A DNA stretch of 32,000 nt from Candidatus Arthromitus sp. SFB-rat-Yit (GTDB lineage Bacteria; Bacillota; Clostridia; Clostridiales; Clostridiaceae). Position 1 is the first letter of the stretch. Each line of letters begins with the position of its first letter. Shown here piece by piece: positions 1 through 9,217 of the stretch. The notes under the pieces were generated by a model, which was not told where the DNA came from, ran no database searches, and saw only the letters and a list, made by a program, of their open reading frames with translations. The DNA lies in NCBI RefSeq assembly GCF_000283555.1, contig NC_016012.1:1260001-1292000 (forward strand), written 5' to 3'. A program made the translations under genes and the position numbers.

Positions 1-192
1 CTCTGGTAACATTTTATCAAGAGATTCACCTTTTTTATATCTCTTCTTAAATTCATCAGTCTTACCCTTTAACTCATCATCTGATAAATTTTGTACCGTT
101 GCCTCTAAAGAATTAATTTTTTTTATTATCTTATTTATTTGTTTTAACTCTTTATCGCTATATGTTCCAAATATTTTTGTTAATAATCCCAT
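1..192 (-). CDS. secA: Protein translocase subunit SecA, N-terminal fragment (runs off left edge)
   Basis: Reverse-strand translation from ATG at 192: MGLLTKIFGTYSDKELKQINKIIKKINSLEATVQNLSDDELKGKTDEFKKRYKKGESLDKMLPE, characteristic SecA N-terminus; GAGG-type SD upstream. Not in the ORF track because it is truncated. Confidence 0.95.
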   Translation of the reverse strand, partial: MGLLTKIFGTYSDKELKQINKIIKKINSLEATVQNLSDDELKGKTDEFKKRYKKGESLDKMLPE

Positions 193-297
193 TAATTTTC
201 ATCCTCACACTATACTAACACTTATAATTATATTATCTTAATTTTATATTAAAATTAAACATATAATTTATTTTTTATTCTATATACACTTAATAAA

Positions 298-331
298 TAG
301 GTTAAGGTGTTCAAATGAACACCTTAACCTA
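298..331 (-). terminator. Intrinsic terminator-like hairpin after hpf
   Basis: Perfect 14-bp inverted repeat taggttaaggtgtt-caaatg-aacaccttaaccta directly after the hpf stop; following U-tract is weak. Confidence 0.65.
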
Positions 332-333
332 TA

Positions 334-867
334 TTAATATTCTGCTTCTATAAGTCCATAATTACCAGACCTTCTTCTATATAACACATTAACATCATTT
401 GTCTCTGCGTTTATAAAAACATAAAAATCATGTCCAATAAGTTCCATTTGAAGTATAGCTTCATCTCTATACATAGGTTTAATTGGAAATTTCTTAACCT
501 TTACAATAACATCATCTTCTAAATCATCATTTTCTATATTGTCAAATAATATATCTAAACTTCTTGCATCCTTATTACTATATTTTTTAACAAGCTTAGT
601 CTTTTGTCTACGAATTTGCTTATATAATTTATCTACAACTAAATCTATAGCAACATACAAATCACTATTTCTTTCCTGAGCTCTTAAATATGTACCATTA
701 AATAAAATACCAACTTCTATTACTTGATCATTCTTCTCAACACTCAAAGTAACTTGAGCTTCTAATTCTCTTGAAAAATAGTTATCTAATTTAGATAACT
801 TTTTATTTATAATGTCTTCTAATGCATGAGTAATCTCTATATTCTTACCATGAGTAACAATTTTCAT
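334..867 (-). CDS. hpf: Ribosome hibernation promoting factor, long form (RaiA/HPF family)
   Basis: MKIVTHGKNIEITHALEDIINKKLSKLDNYF... N-domain plus C-terminal dimerisation domain (PMYRDEAILQMELIGHDFYVFINAETNDVNVLYRRRSGNYGLIE). ATG at 867 preferred over the track's TTG at 876. Confidence 0.95.
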   Translation of the reverse strand: MKIVTHGKNIEITHALEDIINKKLSKLDNYFSRELEAQVTLSVEKNDQVIEVGILFNGTYLRAQERNSDLYVAIDLVVDKLYKQIRRQKTKLVKKYSNKDARSLDILFDNIENDDLEDDVIVKVKKFPIKPMYRDEAILQMELIGHDFYVFINAETNDVNVLYRRRSGNYGLIEAEY

Positions 868-894
868 TAACCTCAAGCCCCTTATTAATTAAAC

Positions 895-1100
895 TAAAGC
901 TAGTTGACCTGGTCTTTTACCCCACACTCGCCTGCTGGAGATTTCGCTAATAAAAATTAATTCCTCACTACTAACCCTCTCATACCTAAATGGCAGGTCT
1001 TACTTCTAAGCCGCACCATGATAATTAAAAATCTATTTTTAATTTACGTGGATCGTTTCGCCTGCGACTGGCATCGATTTTCAACCACAAACCTAGCTTC
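895..1100 (-). ncRNA. raiA RNA: raiA-type structured noncoding RNA
   Basis: About 205-nt non-coding, comparatively GC-rich block between comFC and hpf/raiA, same strand. Closing helix AAGCTAG (1099-1093)/CTAGCTT (903-897); internal 9-bp hairpin AATTAAAAA-TAGA-TTTTTAATT (1044-1023). Position and size fit the raiA RNA motif, known to lie upstream of raiA/hpf in Firmicutes. Confidence 0.8.
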
Positions 1101-1109
1101 AATACTATT

Positions 1110-1769
1110 TTAAATTAAAGTTTTCGCAATTGTCAATACACTTAAATCCGTTTCAAATACACTTTTTTTAATAATTCTACAAACCTCATTTAAAGTATTG
1201 TAAGTTGTTGCTACATCATCTATAATCAGAACTTTTTTACCATTAAATTTGTTTAAATCTACACCCTTATTTATAAAAAACTTATCTTTTATATTAACAG
1301 ATCTTCCATATATATCCAATTTCTTTTGATCACACTTTTTACCATTGCAATATAAAAGCTTTACATAAGGAATATTCAAACTTTCACTAAGTTTTTTAAC
1401 TAAATAATAACTTTGATCAAACCCCTCTTTTTTAATCTTATTTTTATCCCTAGGAACATACGTTAAATAATCTATCTTGATATCTAACTTTTTAATATAA
1501 AAATTTAAAATACTACTTAAATACTCACCAGATCTAAAATCTTTATATATTTTAAAATTATATATTATATTTTTTATAGTCCCGAAATAATAACACGCAT
1601 TATATGCCTTAAAATCTTTAAATTCAAATTTATTTAAATCTTCATTAAATTTAATATCCCGCATACATTCATGACAAATAAAATTATCACCTATCTTTTC
1701 ATAACAACTAACACATAAATTTAAGCTAGGATAAATTAAATCTAATATTTTTTCACTCCACTTTCCCAA
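1110..1769 (-). CDS. comFC: ComFC-like phosphoribosyltransferase-fold competence protein
   Basis: N-terminal Cys motifs (CVSC...CHEC) and PRPP-binding-like motif VLIIDDVATTYNTLNEV. Confidence 0.85.
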   Translation of the reverse strand: MGKWSEKILDLIYPSLNLCVSCYEKIGDNFICHECMRDIKFNEDLNKFEFKDFKAYNACYYFGTIKNIIYNFKIYKDFRSGEYLSSILNFYIKKLDIKIDYLTYVPRDKNKIKKEGFDQSYYLVKKLSESLNIPYVKLLYCNGKKCDQKKLDIYGRSVNIKDKFFINKGVDLNKFNGKKVLIIDDVATTYNTLNEVCRIIKKSVFETDLSVLTIAKTLI

Positions 1770-2635
1770 AGCTTTTTGTTATAACTCCTTGAAATTACTT
1801 TTGCCATAATTATTTCTATATTTTCATAATTAGATACAAAAATTATCTCATTTTTACAATCTGTTAAAAATTTACACATACCGCATATGCTAAGCAAGCT
1901 TTTATAATTAAACTTATTACTTGATGCAAAAAACACAAGTATATTAAAATTATTATACATAGGATTATCAATTATAAAATTATATAACTTGGGCAATTGA
2001 TCACTTGTTGTCAAATATACATAATGTTCATCTCTTACATAATTTGCAAAATCATTAAAAGAATTAAATTCAGTATACATGTATATCTTTTTAAGCTTAG
2101 GAAAAAGCAAACTATACTTCCTCATATACTTACTCACATTAATACAGGATTCACCATCTTTAGCAATAAGTATAACTCTTGTTTTATTTAACATAAACCA
2201 TTTTAAAAATTCAAATACAACATGAGGCATATCTTCATTTAAATTTATTTTAGTTTGTATACTGCGTGGCTCCTTAAATAAATTCAAGTCCTCATTCATT
2301 TCATACAATACTTTATCCTTAACAATTTTTTTCATACTTATTATAATCTTTTTACCTACATCTGCATTATCAACATAATCTTTTATAGAATAATCATCAA
2401 AAGAAGATATTCCAGTCACATCATCTATAATCAATAAATCAAATTTATTAGCCTTATCTATATTTGATAATACTCCTGAAAAACTTATAGAATTTATATC
2501 AACTTTTTTATTCAATAAAAATTTCTTCACACATTCCTCATTATGAGTTATATAAAGTATTTTTTTCTTGATGGTTAAAAGATTATTTATTAATAAAATT
2601 ATACTTGATAAATCATAAAATGGATGGGATACCAA
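1742..2635 (-). CDS. Divergent, possibly degenerate ComFA-like helicase-fold protein
   Basis: Overlaps comFC start, as comFA often does. Helicase-like KILYITHNEE, FDLLIIDD and C-terminal ILVFFASSNKFNYKSLLSICGMC, but no recognisable GKT or GRxGR motif. Track start is TTG at 2635 after GGGGAGG; frame stays open upstream to a TAG at 2752-2750. Confidence 0.45.
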   Translation of the reverse strand: MVSHPFYDLSSIILLINNLLTIKKKILYITHNEECVKKFLLNKKVDINSISFSGVLSNIDKANKFDLLIIDDVTGISSFDDYSIKDYVDNADVGKKIIISMKKIVKDKVLYEMNEDLNLFKEPRSIQTKINLNEDMPHVVFEFLKWFMLNKTRVILIAKDGESCINVSKYMRKYSLLFPKLKKIYMYTEFNSFNDFANYVRDEHYVYLTTSDQLPKLYNFIIDNPMYNNFNILVFFASSNKFNYKSLLSICGMCKFLTDCKNEIIFVSNYENIEIIMAKVISRSYNKKLWESGVKKY

Positions 2636-2732
2636 ATTTAATATTCCCTCCCCAGGTGTAGAAAACCATTTAGTTAAACTATAAAAATTGTAGTTTATAT
2701 TATTTTTCTTAATATACGTTAAAATTTTAAAC

Positions 2733-4967
2733 TCACCACCGATTTTTATCTATTAAATTAATCACTTCATTAAATAAGTATTTTAAGGATGAAGATCTGT
2801 TAATTTTCGAAGTATTTTTTATCATATATGTTAAATAATTTATATCCCCAACTAAAACAACATACTTTTTAGCTCTAGTAACTGCTGTATATAATATATT
2901 CCTATTCATCAGCATACTCGAAAATTTAAATATAGGCAATATTATGATTGGAAATTCACTTCCTTGACTTTTATGTACGGTAATTGCATAGGCATGTTCA
3001 ATTTCACCTAATAAATTTTTTGTATATTTAAACACCTTATTATCATCATATATAACACTCAATTCTTTTTCATTAACATTTATAATATACCCAATATCTC
3101 CATTAAACACTCCTGTTACTTGCTCTTCATCATACAAATTATATCCTCTAAGTTCATAATTATTTTTAATCTGCATAACCTTATCCCCAACTCTGTAAAA
3201 TTTACCACCATAAATTAGTTCATCCTTATTATTATATTTAGGATTTATATTTTCTTGAATTATAGTATTTAAATTTTTAACTCCTAAAACTCCTCCCCTT
3301 ATTGGAGATAAAATCTGTATATCCTTTAATTTATCAATTTTATATTGAAAAAATTTAGGTATCCTAAAGGATACTAAATCTATTAATTTTTTACATATAC
3401 TATCTTCATTATTATCATTTATAATATAAAAATCACTCTCTTTTTGGTTTAATATGAGTTCCTCTCCACTGTTGATCTTATGGGCATTTAAGACTATAAA
3501 GCTATTTTCTTTTTGCCTATATATTTTATTTAAATATGAAACTGGGAATATACCGCTATTTATTATATCTCTTAAAAAATTTCCAGGTCCAATTGATGGA
3601 AGCTGATCAACATCCCCAACTATTACTATTTTTGTTCCTATTTTTAATGCTTCAAATAATTTACTTGCAATTAAAACATCAATCATAGATGCTTCATCTA
3701 TTATTATAGCATCACAATTTATTTTATTATTTTCATTCTTACCTACATATTCAAAATCTTCATTATCACTGTTTGAAATTTCAAGCACTCTATGTATAGT
3801 TTTAGCCTCAAATCCCGTAGTTTCCATCATTCTTTTTGCAGCTCTCCCAGTTGGAGCAACCATTATTGGATTAAATTTATGATTAACAAGTGTATTTAAA
3901 ATGAATTTTATTATAGTTGTTTTTCCTGTTCCAGGACCACCCGTTATTATATGTACACTATTTTTTATACCTCCGACTAATGCATCAACCTGATCCTTTG
4001 AAAATTCAAAATTATTTTTCTTCTGAAATTCAGAAATTTCTTTATAAATATCAATATTAAACCTATCTTTATATCCTATATACAACCTAACTAAATTTGA
4101 ACATATTTCATATTCTGCCATATATATATTTGTAAGAAAAACACATTTTAAATTTTCATTATCATAGTTAAATTCTTTCTCTACAACAACACCGCTTGAT
4201 AAAATATCATTATAAACCTCTATTATCTTCTCCTCATTAATACATAAAAGTTCCTTACTTCTTTCAATCATATCACTATATAATATGAACGTATTTCCAG
4301 ACTTTAAATTATCTTTGAGAACATAAAATATACCACTCTTAATTCTGTTTAAATTATCATCTGATATATTTAATTTCTTCCCTATTAAATCTACTTTTTT
4401 AAAACCAAAACCATTTATCTTTCCTATAAGCGTATATGGATCTTCTCGAATAATATTTAAAGATTCATAACCAAATAAACTATAAATTTTATTTGCGTTA
4501 CTTAAAGAAAACCCGATATCCATAATCTCTAAAATAATTTTCCTATCATCTCTATCCTTGTTTAAAGCACTCTTTATCTCTAAAAATTTCTTATCCCCAA
4601 TTCCATCAACTTCTTTTAATCTTTCAGTGTAATTATTTATTATATCTAAGGTTTGATCACCAAATTTTTCAACTATTTTTTTAGCCGTTTTACGACCTAT
4701 ACCAACAAACAAAGAAGATGATAAATAACCCTCTATATCATTTCTACTATTTAAAATCTTCTTCTCAAGAGAAAAAATTTTAAATCTCTCGCCATATTTA
4801 TTATTAATTTCAAAATTTCCAATAATCTCTATATAATCATTTCGATCTATATCGCTATCATTATACACACATACAATTTCTTTACCATCATCATCTACAA
4901 GCCTAAATATAGAAAACTTAATAGAAGTATAAATAATATTTTTAATGGTACCTATTAACTTTTTCAT
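2733..4967 (-). CDS. recD2: RecD2-like SF1 DNA helicase
   Basis: 744 aa; Walker A GGPGTGKTTII, DEASMID, C-terminal AYAITVHKSQGSEF and YTAVTRAKK motifs; N-terminal HhH-like region (GIGRKTAKKIVEKFG, GIGDKKFLEI). Confidence 0.93.
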   Translation of the reverse strand: MKKLIGTIKNIIYTSIKFSIFRLVDDDGKEIVCVYNDSDIDRNDYIEIIGNFEINNKYGERFKIFSLEKKILNSRNDIEGYLSSSLFVGIGRKTAKKIVEKFGDQTLDIINNYTERLKEVDGIGDKKFLEIKSALNKDRDDRKIILEIMDIGFSLSNANKIYSLFGYESLNIIREDPYTLIGKINGFGFKKVDLIGKKLNISDDNLNRIKSGIFYVLKDNLKSGNTFILYSDMIERSKELLCINEEKIIEVYNDILSSGVVVEKEFNYDNENLKCVFLTNIYMAEYEICSNLVRLYIGYKDRFNIDIYKEISEFQKKNNFEFSKDQVDALVGGIKNSVHIITGGPGTGKTTIIKFILNTLVNHKFNPIMVAPTGRAAKRMMETTGFEAKTIHRVLEISNSDNEDFEYVGKNENNKINCDAIIIDEASMIDVLIASKLFEALKIGTKIVIVGDVDQLPSIGPGNFLRDIINSGIFPVSYLNKIYRQKENSFIVLNAHKINSGEELILNQKESDFYIINDNNEDSICKKLIDLVSFRIPKFFQYKIDKLKDIQILSPIRGGVLGVKNLNTIIQENINPKYNNKDELIYGGKFYRVGDKVMQIKNNYELRGYNLYDEEQVTGVFNGDIGYIINVNEKELSVIYDDNKVFKYTKNLLGEIEHAYAITVHKSQGSEFPIIILPIFKFSSMLMNRNILYTAVTRAKKYVVLVGDINYLTYMIKNTSKINRSSSLKYLFNEVINLIDKNRW

Positions 4968-5085
4968 TCATCCCCTCATAAATAAACCTAAAAAATATAA
5001 TCTATTATATCATAAATAGATTAATCATTTAATTTGACACATATGCTCTAATGAAATTAAAATATATAAAAAGGAGTTGAGATAA

Positions 5086-6231
5086 TTGTTAATAAAAAAC
5101 GTTAAATTAATATTCACTGATTCAATCGTTCCTGGAAGTGTAGTCATACAAAATGGTAAAATATATAAAATATTTTTAAATCATAACCCAAGATATGAAG
5201 GGGAAATTTTAGATGGAGAAGGATTATACCTATCTCCAGGATTTATAGACATTCATATTCATGGTGCAAGTAACTACGATACAATGGATGCTTCTTACGA
5301 AGGAATTTTAGAAATATCAAGCACATTATTAAAGCACGGTGTAACATCTTTTCTTCCAACTACTATGACATGCTCAAAAGAAGATATAAGAAATGCTCTA
5401 TCAAACATATCTCAAATAATTAAAGATAATTCTTCACCCAATAACATACTAGGTGTGCATTTAGAAGGACCATTTATTAACAAAAATAAGATAGGTGCTC
5501 AAAATCCAGAATTCATATTAGAACCATCTATAAATAACTTCAAAGAAATAGTTGGAGATTTTGAAGAAATTATAAAAATAGTAACATTAGCACCTGAAGT
5601 TACGGGTTCACTAGATTTAATTAAATATTTAAATGATAAAAAAATAGTTGCCTCAGTTGGACATACTAATGCAACATATGAAGAAACTTTATCTAGTATT
5701 AAAAATGGTATATCTCACGCAACTCATCTATTTAATGCAATGACCCAATTTACACATAGAGATCCTGGAGCTGTGGGGGCAATTTTAAATTCAAACATTA
5801 CAGCTGAATGTATTTTAGATGGAATCCATCTTCATTATGCTTCATTAGAAATGGCTCTAAAAATCAAATCAAGCAATAAAATAATATTAATATCAGATTC
5901 TATGAGAGCATGCTGCATGAAAGATGGAAACTACACATTAGGTGGACAAAATGTTATTGTCAAAAATTCAAGTGCACGCCTTGAAAATGGCAATCTTGCT
6001 GGATCAGTGCTAACACTTGACAAAGCCATATATAACGTTAAAAATAATTTAAATATTCCTCTTAATGATATAATAAAACTTGTTACCATAAACCCATCAA
6101 AAATATGTAAAACTCATTTAAGAAAAGGTCTTATAAAAGAAGGATACGATGCCGATTTAGTATTATTTGATGAAGATATAAATATAAAATATGTATTTGT
6201 TAATGGAAATAAAAAAGAAGGTATTATCTAA
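5086..6231 (+). CDS. nagA: N-acetylglucosamine-6-phosphate deacetylase
   Basis: [65 protein letters not shown]; TTG start with AAGGAG SD. Confidence 0.95.
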   Translation: MLIKNVKLIFTDSIVPGSVVIQNGKIYKIFLNHNPRYEGEILDGEGLYLSPGFIDIHIHGASNYDTMDASYEGILEISSTLLKHGVTSFLPTTMTCSKEDIRNALSNISQIIKDNSSPNNILGVHLEGPFINKNKIGAQNPEFILEPSINNFKEIVGDFEEIIKIVTLAPEVTGSLDLIKYLNDKKIVASVGHTNATYEETLSSIKNGISHATHLFNAMTQFTHRDPGAVGAILNSNITAECILDGIHLHYASLEMALKIKSSNKIILISDSMRACCMKDGNYTLGGQNVIVKNSSARLENGNLAGSVLTLDKAIYNVKNNLNIPLNDIIKLVTINPSKICKTHLRKGLIKEGYDADLVLFDEDINIKYVFVNGNKKEGII

Positions 6232-6250
6232 ATACTAATACCTTCTTTTT
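6216..6250. terminator. Bidirectional terminator overlapping the nagA and metK stop codons
   Basis: Perfect 11-bp stem agaaggtatta-tctaaatac-taataccttct flanked by A6 (left) and T tract (right). Confidence 0.8.
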
Positions 6251-7424
6251 GTAATATATCTTTTATCTCTTTAACCTTACTTAATTCTTCCCAAGGAACA
6301 TTCAAATCATTTCTTCCAAAATGTCCATAAGCAGCAACCTGTCTATATATTGGTTTTCTCAAACCAAGAACTTTTATTAACCCTCCTGGGCTCAAATCAA
6401 AAACCTTATCTATAATATAATATATAATACTCTTATCTATTTTTTCACTTCCAAATGTTTCAATAAATGTAGATACAGGACTAGCCACACCTATTGCATA
6501 TGCTAGTTGAATCTCAACCTTATCACACACTCCTGATGCCACAAGGTTCTTAGCAACCCATCTTGCACCATATGCAGCAGTTCTATCAACTTTTGTTGGA
6601 TCTTTTCCAGAAAAAGCACCTCCACCATGCCTAGAAAAACCACCATATGTATCGACAATTATTTTCCTTCCAGTAAGACCACTATCTCCATGAGGTCCTC
6701 CTATAACAAAACGTCCAGTTGGATTTATTAAATATTTAGTATTTTTATCTAATAATTCATTTGGAATAATATACTCTATAACATTTTTTATCAAATCCTG
6801 TTTTATCTTATCTTGAGATACATCTTCACTATGCTGAGTTGATATCAATACAGTATCTACTCTAGACGGCTTATCCCCATCATACTCAACCGTAACTTGA
6901 GTTTTTCCATCAGGTCTTAAATAATCTAAAACATTCTTTTTTCTAACTTCCGATAATCTCTTTGCCAATTTATGTGCTAACACTATTGGAAGTGGCATAA
7001 ATTCTTCTGTTTCATTACATGCATATCCAAACATTATGCCCTGATCTCCCGCACCTATAAATTTATTTTCATCAAGTACATCGTTTTTCTTTTCAAATGA
7101 TTCATCAACACCAATCGCTATGTCTGATGATTGTCCATGTATAAAATTAGCTATCGCACAAGTATCAGAATCAAATCCATACTCTGCTTTATTGTATCCA
7201 ATATCATTTATTATTTTTCTAACTATCTCTTGGATATCTATATAACAATTAGTTGTAATTTCCCCCATAACATTTACAATTCCAGTTGTAACAGCAGTTT
7301 CACATGCTACCCTAGCCAAAGGATCCTTAGCTAATATAGAGTCCAATATTCCATCTGAAATTTGATCACACATCTTGTCTGGATGACCTTCTGTAACAGA
7401 TTCTGAAGTAAATAATTTTTTCAT
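6228..7424 (-). CDS. metK: S-adenosylmethionine synthetase
   Basis: [28 protein letters not shown]..., [52 protein letters not shown]. Confidence 0.98.
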   Translation of the reverse strand: MKKLFTSESVTEGHPDKMCDQISDGILDSILAKDPLARVACETAVTTGIVNVMGEITTNCYIDIQEIVRKIINDIGYNKAEYGFDSDTCAIANFIHGQSSDIAIGVDESFEKKNDVLDENKFIGAGDQGIMFGYACNETEEFMPLPIVLAHKLAKRLSEVRKKNVLDYLRPDGKTQVTVEYDGDKPSRVDTVLISTQHSEDVSQDKIKQDLIKNVIEYIIPNELLDKNTKYLINPTGRFVIGGPHGDSGLTGRKIIVDTYGGFSRHGGGAFSGKDPTKVDRTAAYGARWVAKNLVASGVCDKVEIQLAYAIGVASPVSTFIETFGSEKIDKSIIYYIIDKVFDLSPGGLIKVLGLRKPIYRQVAAYGHFGRNDLNVPWEELSKVKEIKDILQKEGISI

Positions 7425-7454
7425 ATACTTACCATCCTAAACTATAAAATTTAT

Positions 7455-7497
7455 ACAAAAAATAAAAATAATCCCTCTTTCATAAAGAAGGACTATT
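7455..7497 (-). terminator. Terminator of the tRNA cluster
   Basis: Minus strand AATAGTCCTTCTTT-ATG-AAAGAGGGATTATTTTTATTTTT: 14-bp stem with G.U pairs plus U-rich tract, just after tRNA-Thr. Confidence 0.8.
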
Positions 7498-7500
7498 TTA

Positions 7501-7576
7501 TGGAGCTGGCAATAGGACTTGAACCCACAACCTGCTGATTACAAGTCAGCTGCTCTACCAATTGAGCTATGCCAGC
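7501..7576 (-). tRNA. trnT: tRNA-Thr(TGT), copy 1
   Basis: GCTGGCATAGCTCAATTGGTAGAGCAGCTGACTTGTAATCAGCAGGTTGTGGGTTCAAGTCCTATTGCCAGCTCCA; cloverleaf and encoded CCA, anticodon TGT. Confidence 0.95.
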
Positions 7577-7581
7577 AAAAA

Positions 7582-7657
7582 TGGTGGGCACAACAGGGAT
7601 TGAACCTGTGACCTCCTGCTTGTAAGGCAGATGCTCTCCCAGCTGAGCTATGCGCCC
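7582..7657 (-). tRNA. trnV: tRNA-Val(TAC)
   Basis: GGGCGCATAGCTCAGCTGGGAGAGCATCTGCCTTACAAGCAGGAGGTCACAGGTTCAATCCCTGTTGTGCCCACCA; anticodon TAC, encoded CCA. Confidence 0.95.
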
Positions 7658-7661
7658 CTAA

Positions 7662-7747
7662 TGGTGGAGGAAGCTGGATTCGAACCAGCGAAGTCGAAAG
7701 ACAACAGATTTACAGTCTGCCCCCTTTGGCCACTCGGGAATTCCTCC
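7662..7747 (-). tRNA. trnY: tRNA-Tyr(GTA)
   Basis: GGAGGAATTCCCGAGTGGCCAAAGGGGGCAGACTGTAAATCTGTTGTCTTTCGACTTCGCTGGTTCGAATCCAGCTTCCTCCACCA; long variable arm, anticodon GTA. Confidence 0.95.
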
Positions 7748-7754
7748 GTGTTAC

Positions 7755-7830
7755 TGGAGCTGGCAATAGGACTTGAACCCACAACCTGCTGATTACAAGT
7801 CAGCTGCTCTACCAATTGAGCTATGCCAGC
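7755..7830 (-). tRNA. trnT: tRNA-Thr(TGT), copy 2 (identical to copy 1)
   Basis: Same 76-nt sequence as 7501-7576. Confidence 0.95.
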
Positions 7831-7969
7831 AACATCCATCAACAACATCATTATATTACATATAAGTTTATTTTGCAATAATAATCTTATATATTTTAAG
7901 GTTATTATTTTGTTTTTTTAAAATGTTTTATTATATTTTCTTTAATTTACTTTAAATTTCTACTAATTA

Positions 7970-8224
7970 TTAATTTTCTCCGCTACTATATTTCATTTTA
8001 GTAGCATTTCCTCCACGTATATGTCTTTCAGCCTTATTTAAATCTAATATATACTTAGCTTCTTTAGCTATTAAAGGATTAATCTTAGGTAATCGTTCAG
8101 TCATATCTTTATGTATAGTACTTTTGCTAACTCCAAAGGCCCTAGCTGTCTTTCTTATAGTAGATTTAGAATCTATTATATATTTCGCAACACCTAAAAC
8201 CCTTTCTTCTATATAATCTTTCAT
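7970..8224 (-). CDS. spoIIID: Sporulation transcriptional regulator SpoIIID
   Basis: MKDYIEERVLGVAKYIIDSKSTIRKTARAFGVSKSTIHKDMTERLPKINPLIAKEAKYILDLNKAERHIRGGNATKMKY: full SpoIIID family match. Confidence 0.97.
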   Translation of the reverse strand: MKDYIEERVLGVAKYIIDSKSTIRKTARAFGVSKSTIHKDMTERLPKINPLIAKEAKYILDLNKAERHIRGGNATKMKYSSGEN

Positions 8225-8271
8225 GCCATATCTTCCTTATTTGTAGTTATACAGTCAAAACGACTGAATAA

Positions 8272-9147
8272 CTACTTAAAATTTATATAATCCGCTGGAT
8301 TTACTTCCTCATTGTTTAAATACATCACAAAATTTAAGTGTGATCCATAATCTTCGTTTGAATAATTCCCCGATGAATTACCAACTGTTGCTATAACTTC
8401 ACCTTTTCTAACATTTTGCCCATTAACAACCTTAATCCCCTCATCTAAATTTGTATACACACTTTTAAATCCATTATCATGTTTAATTACTATATACTGT
8501 CCTCTTTCAGTTAAATCATTATCTATTTTTTCAACAACACCATCTAATACAGACATAACAGATGCACCCTTATCAGTCTTTAAATCCACACCATCCCTAG
8601 TTCTCCATGTGTTTAAAGTTTTTGAATACACTGTATCTATTGAATATTCTCTTATAAGTGTCCCTTCAACAGGTAAAGAAAATGTTATTGTAGTTGCCGA
8701 AACTTGAGTATTATTTTCATTTAAATTAACATCCGCAACATCTTTATTAACCAAATCTTTTTTGTCCTCATTTGAAGTTTTCGTAATATCGCTCTTTGAT
8801 GATTTATCTAAACTATTGCTTTTATCAGAAACATAATTCTTATCTTCAACATTTTTTACTTCTTGATTATTTGAATCATTTTGGATATCTTTATTTTTAA
8901 CATTAGTATCGCCTGGTATATTATTAACTTGAAGTGCATTATCCATATTGCTATCATTAACATTTAATTCTTCATTAAATTTACTATTATCTGCTATCTG
9001 ATTTTTATTACCTTCTGTATATTTAGTTTCAAATGATGAATTACTAAAATAAATTACTAATCCTAAAGCTATTGCTATACCAATAAAAACAAATAAATTA
9101 ATCTTTTCCTTCTTGCCAAATATTTTTGTCCTTTTTAAATTATTCAT
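8272..9147 (-). CDS. spoIIQ: SpoIIQ-like M23/LytM-domain membrane protein
   Basis: N-terminal TM (INLFVFIGIAIALGLVIYF), low-complexity linker, C-terminal LytM fold (RDGVDLKTDKGASVMSVLDGVVEKI...IVIKHDNGFKSVYTNL...VRKGEVIATVGNSSG); between spoIIID and spoIID. ATG at 9147 has GGAGG SD 8 nt upstream, so the track start at 9261 is probably wrong. Confidence 0.8.
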   Translation of the reverse strand: MNNLKRTKIFGKKEKINLFVFIGIAIALGLVIYFSNSSFETKYTEGNKNQIADNSKFNEELNVNDSNMDNALQVNNIPGDTNVKNKDIQNDSNNQEVKNVEDKNYVSDKSNSLDKSSKSDITKTSNEDKKDLVNKDVADVNLNENNTQVSATTITFSLPVEGTLIREYSIDTVYSKTLNTWRTRDGVDLKTDKGASVMSVLDGVVEKIDNDLTERGQYIVIKHDNGFKSVYTNLDEGIKVVNGQNVRKGEVIATVGNSSGNYSNEDYGSHLNFVMYLNNEEVNPADYINFK

Positions 9148-9217
9148 TTTTAACACCTCCATTCTAATTGTGTCCACTTTTGGTAAAAAAATACATTTTA
9201 AAAATATTTTCCAATAA

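Noticed and set aside
1997-2191. Small plus-strand ORF (64 aa)
   Set aside because: Antisense to the ComFA-like ORF with no supporting features. Similar shadow ORFs at 7131-7334, 11688-11909, 12455-12637, 13216-13461, 13981-14217, 14242-14544, 14975-15166, 16614-16814, 18713-19042, 21935-22318, 22738-22938, 24272-24466, 24680-24913, 26252-26434 and 30504-30731 were also rejected.
4998-5022. Short inverted repeat AATCTAT...ATAGATT between recD2 and nagA, with TTGACA at 5034
   Set aside because: 7-bp AT-rich repeat is expected by chance in this composition, and no convincing -10 is spaced correctly; not called as operator or promoter.
7425-7500. Possible SAM riboswitch upstream of metK
   Set aside because: Only ~75 nt before the tRNA terminator and no SAM aptamer-like structured sequence; the hairpin there is the tRNA cluster terminator.
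7648-7878. 76-aa ORF MQNKLICNIMMLLMDVAGIAQLVEQLTCNQQVVGSSPIASS...
   Set aside because: Translates straight through tRNA-Thr and tRNA-Tyr genes; a familiar tRNA-derived spurious ORF.
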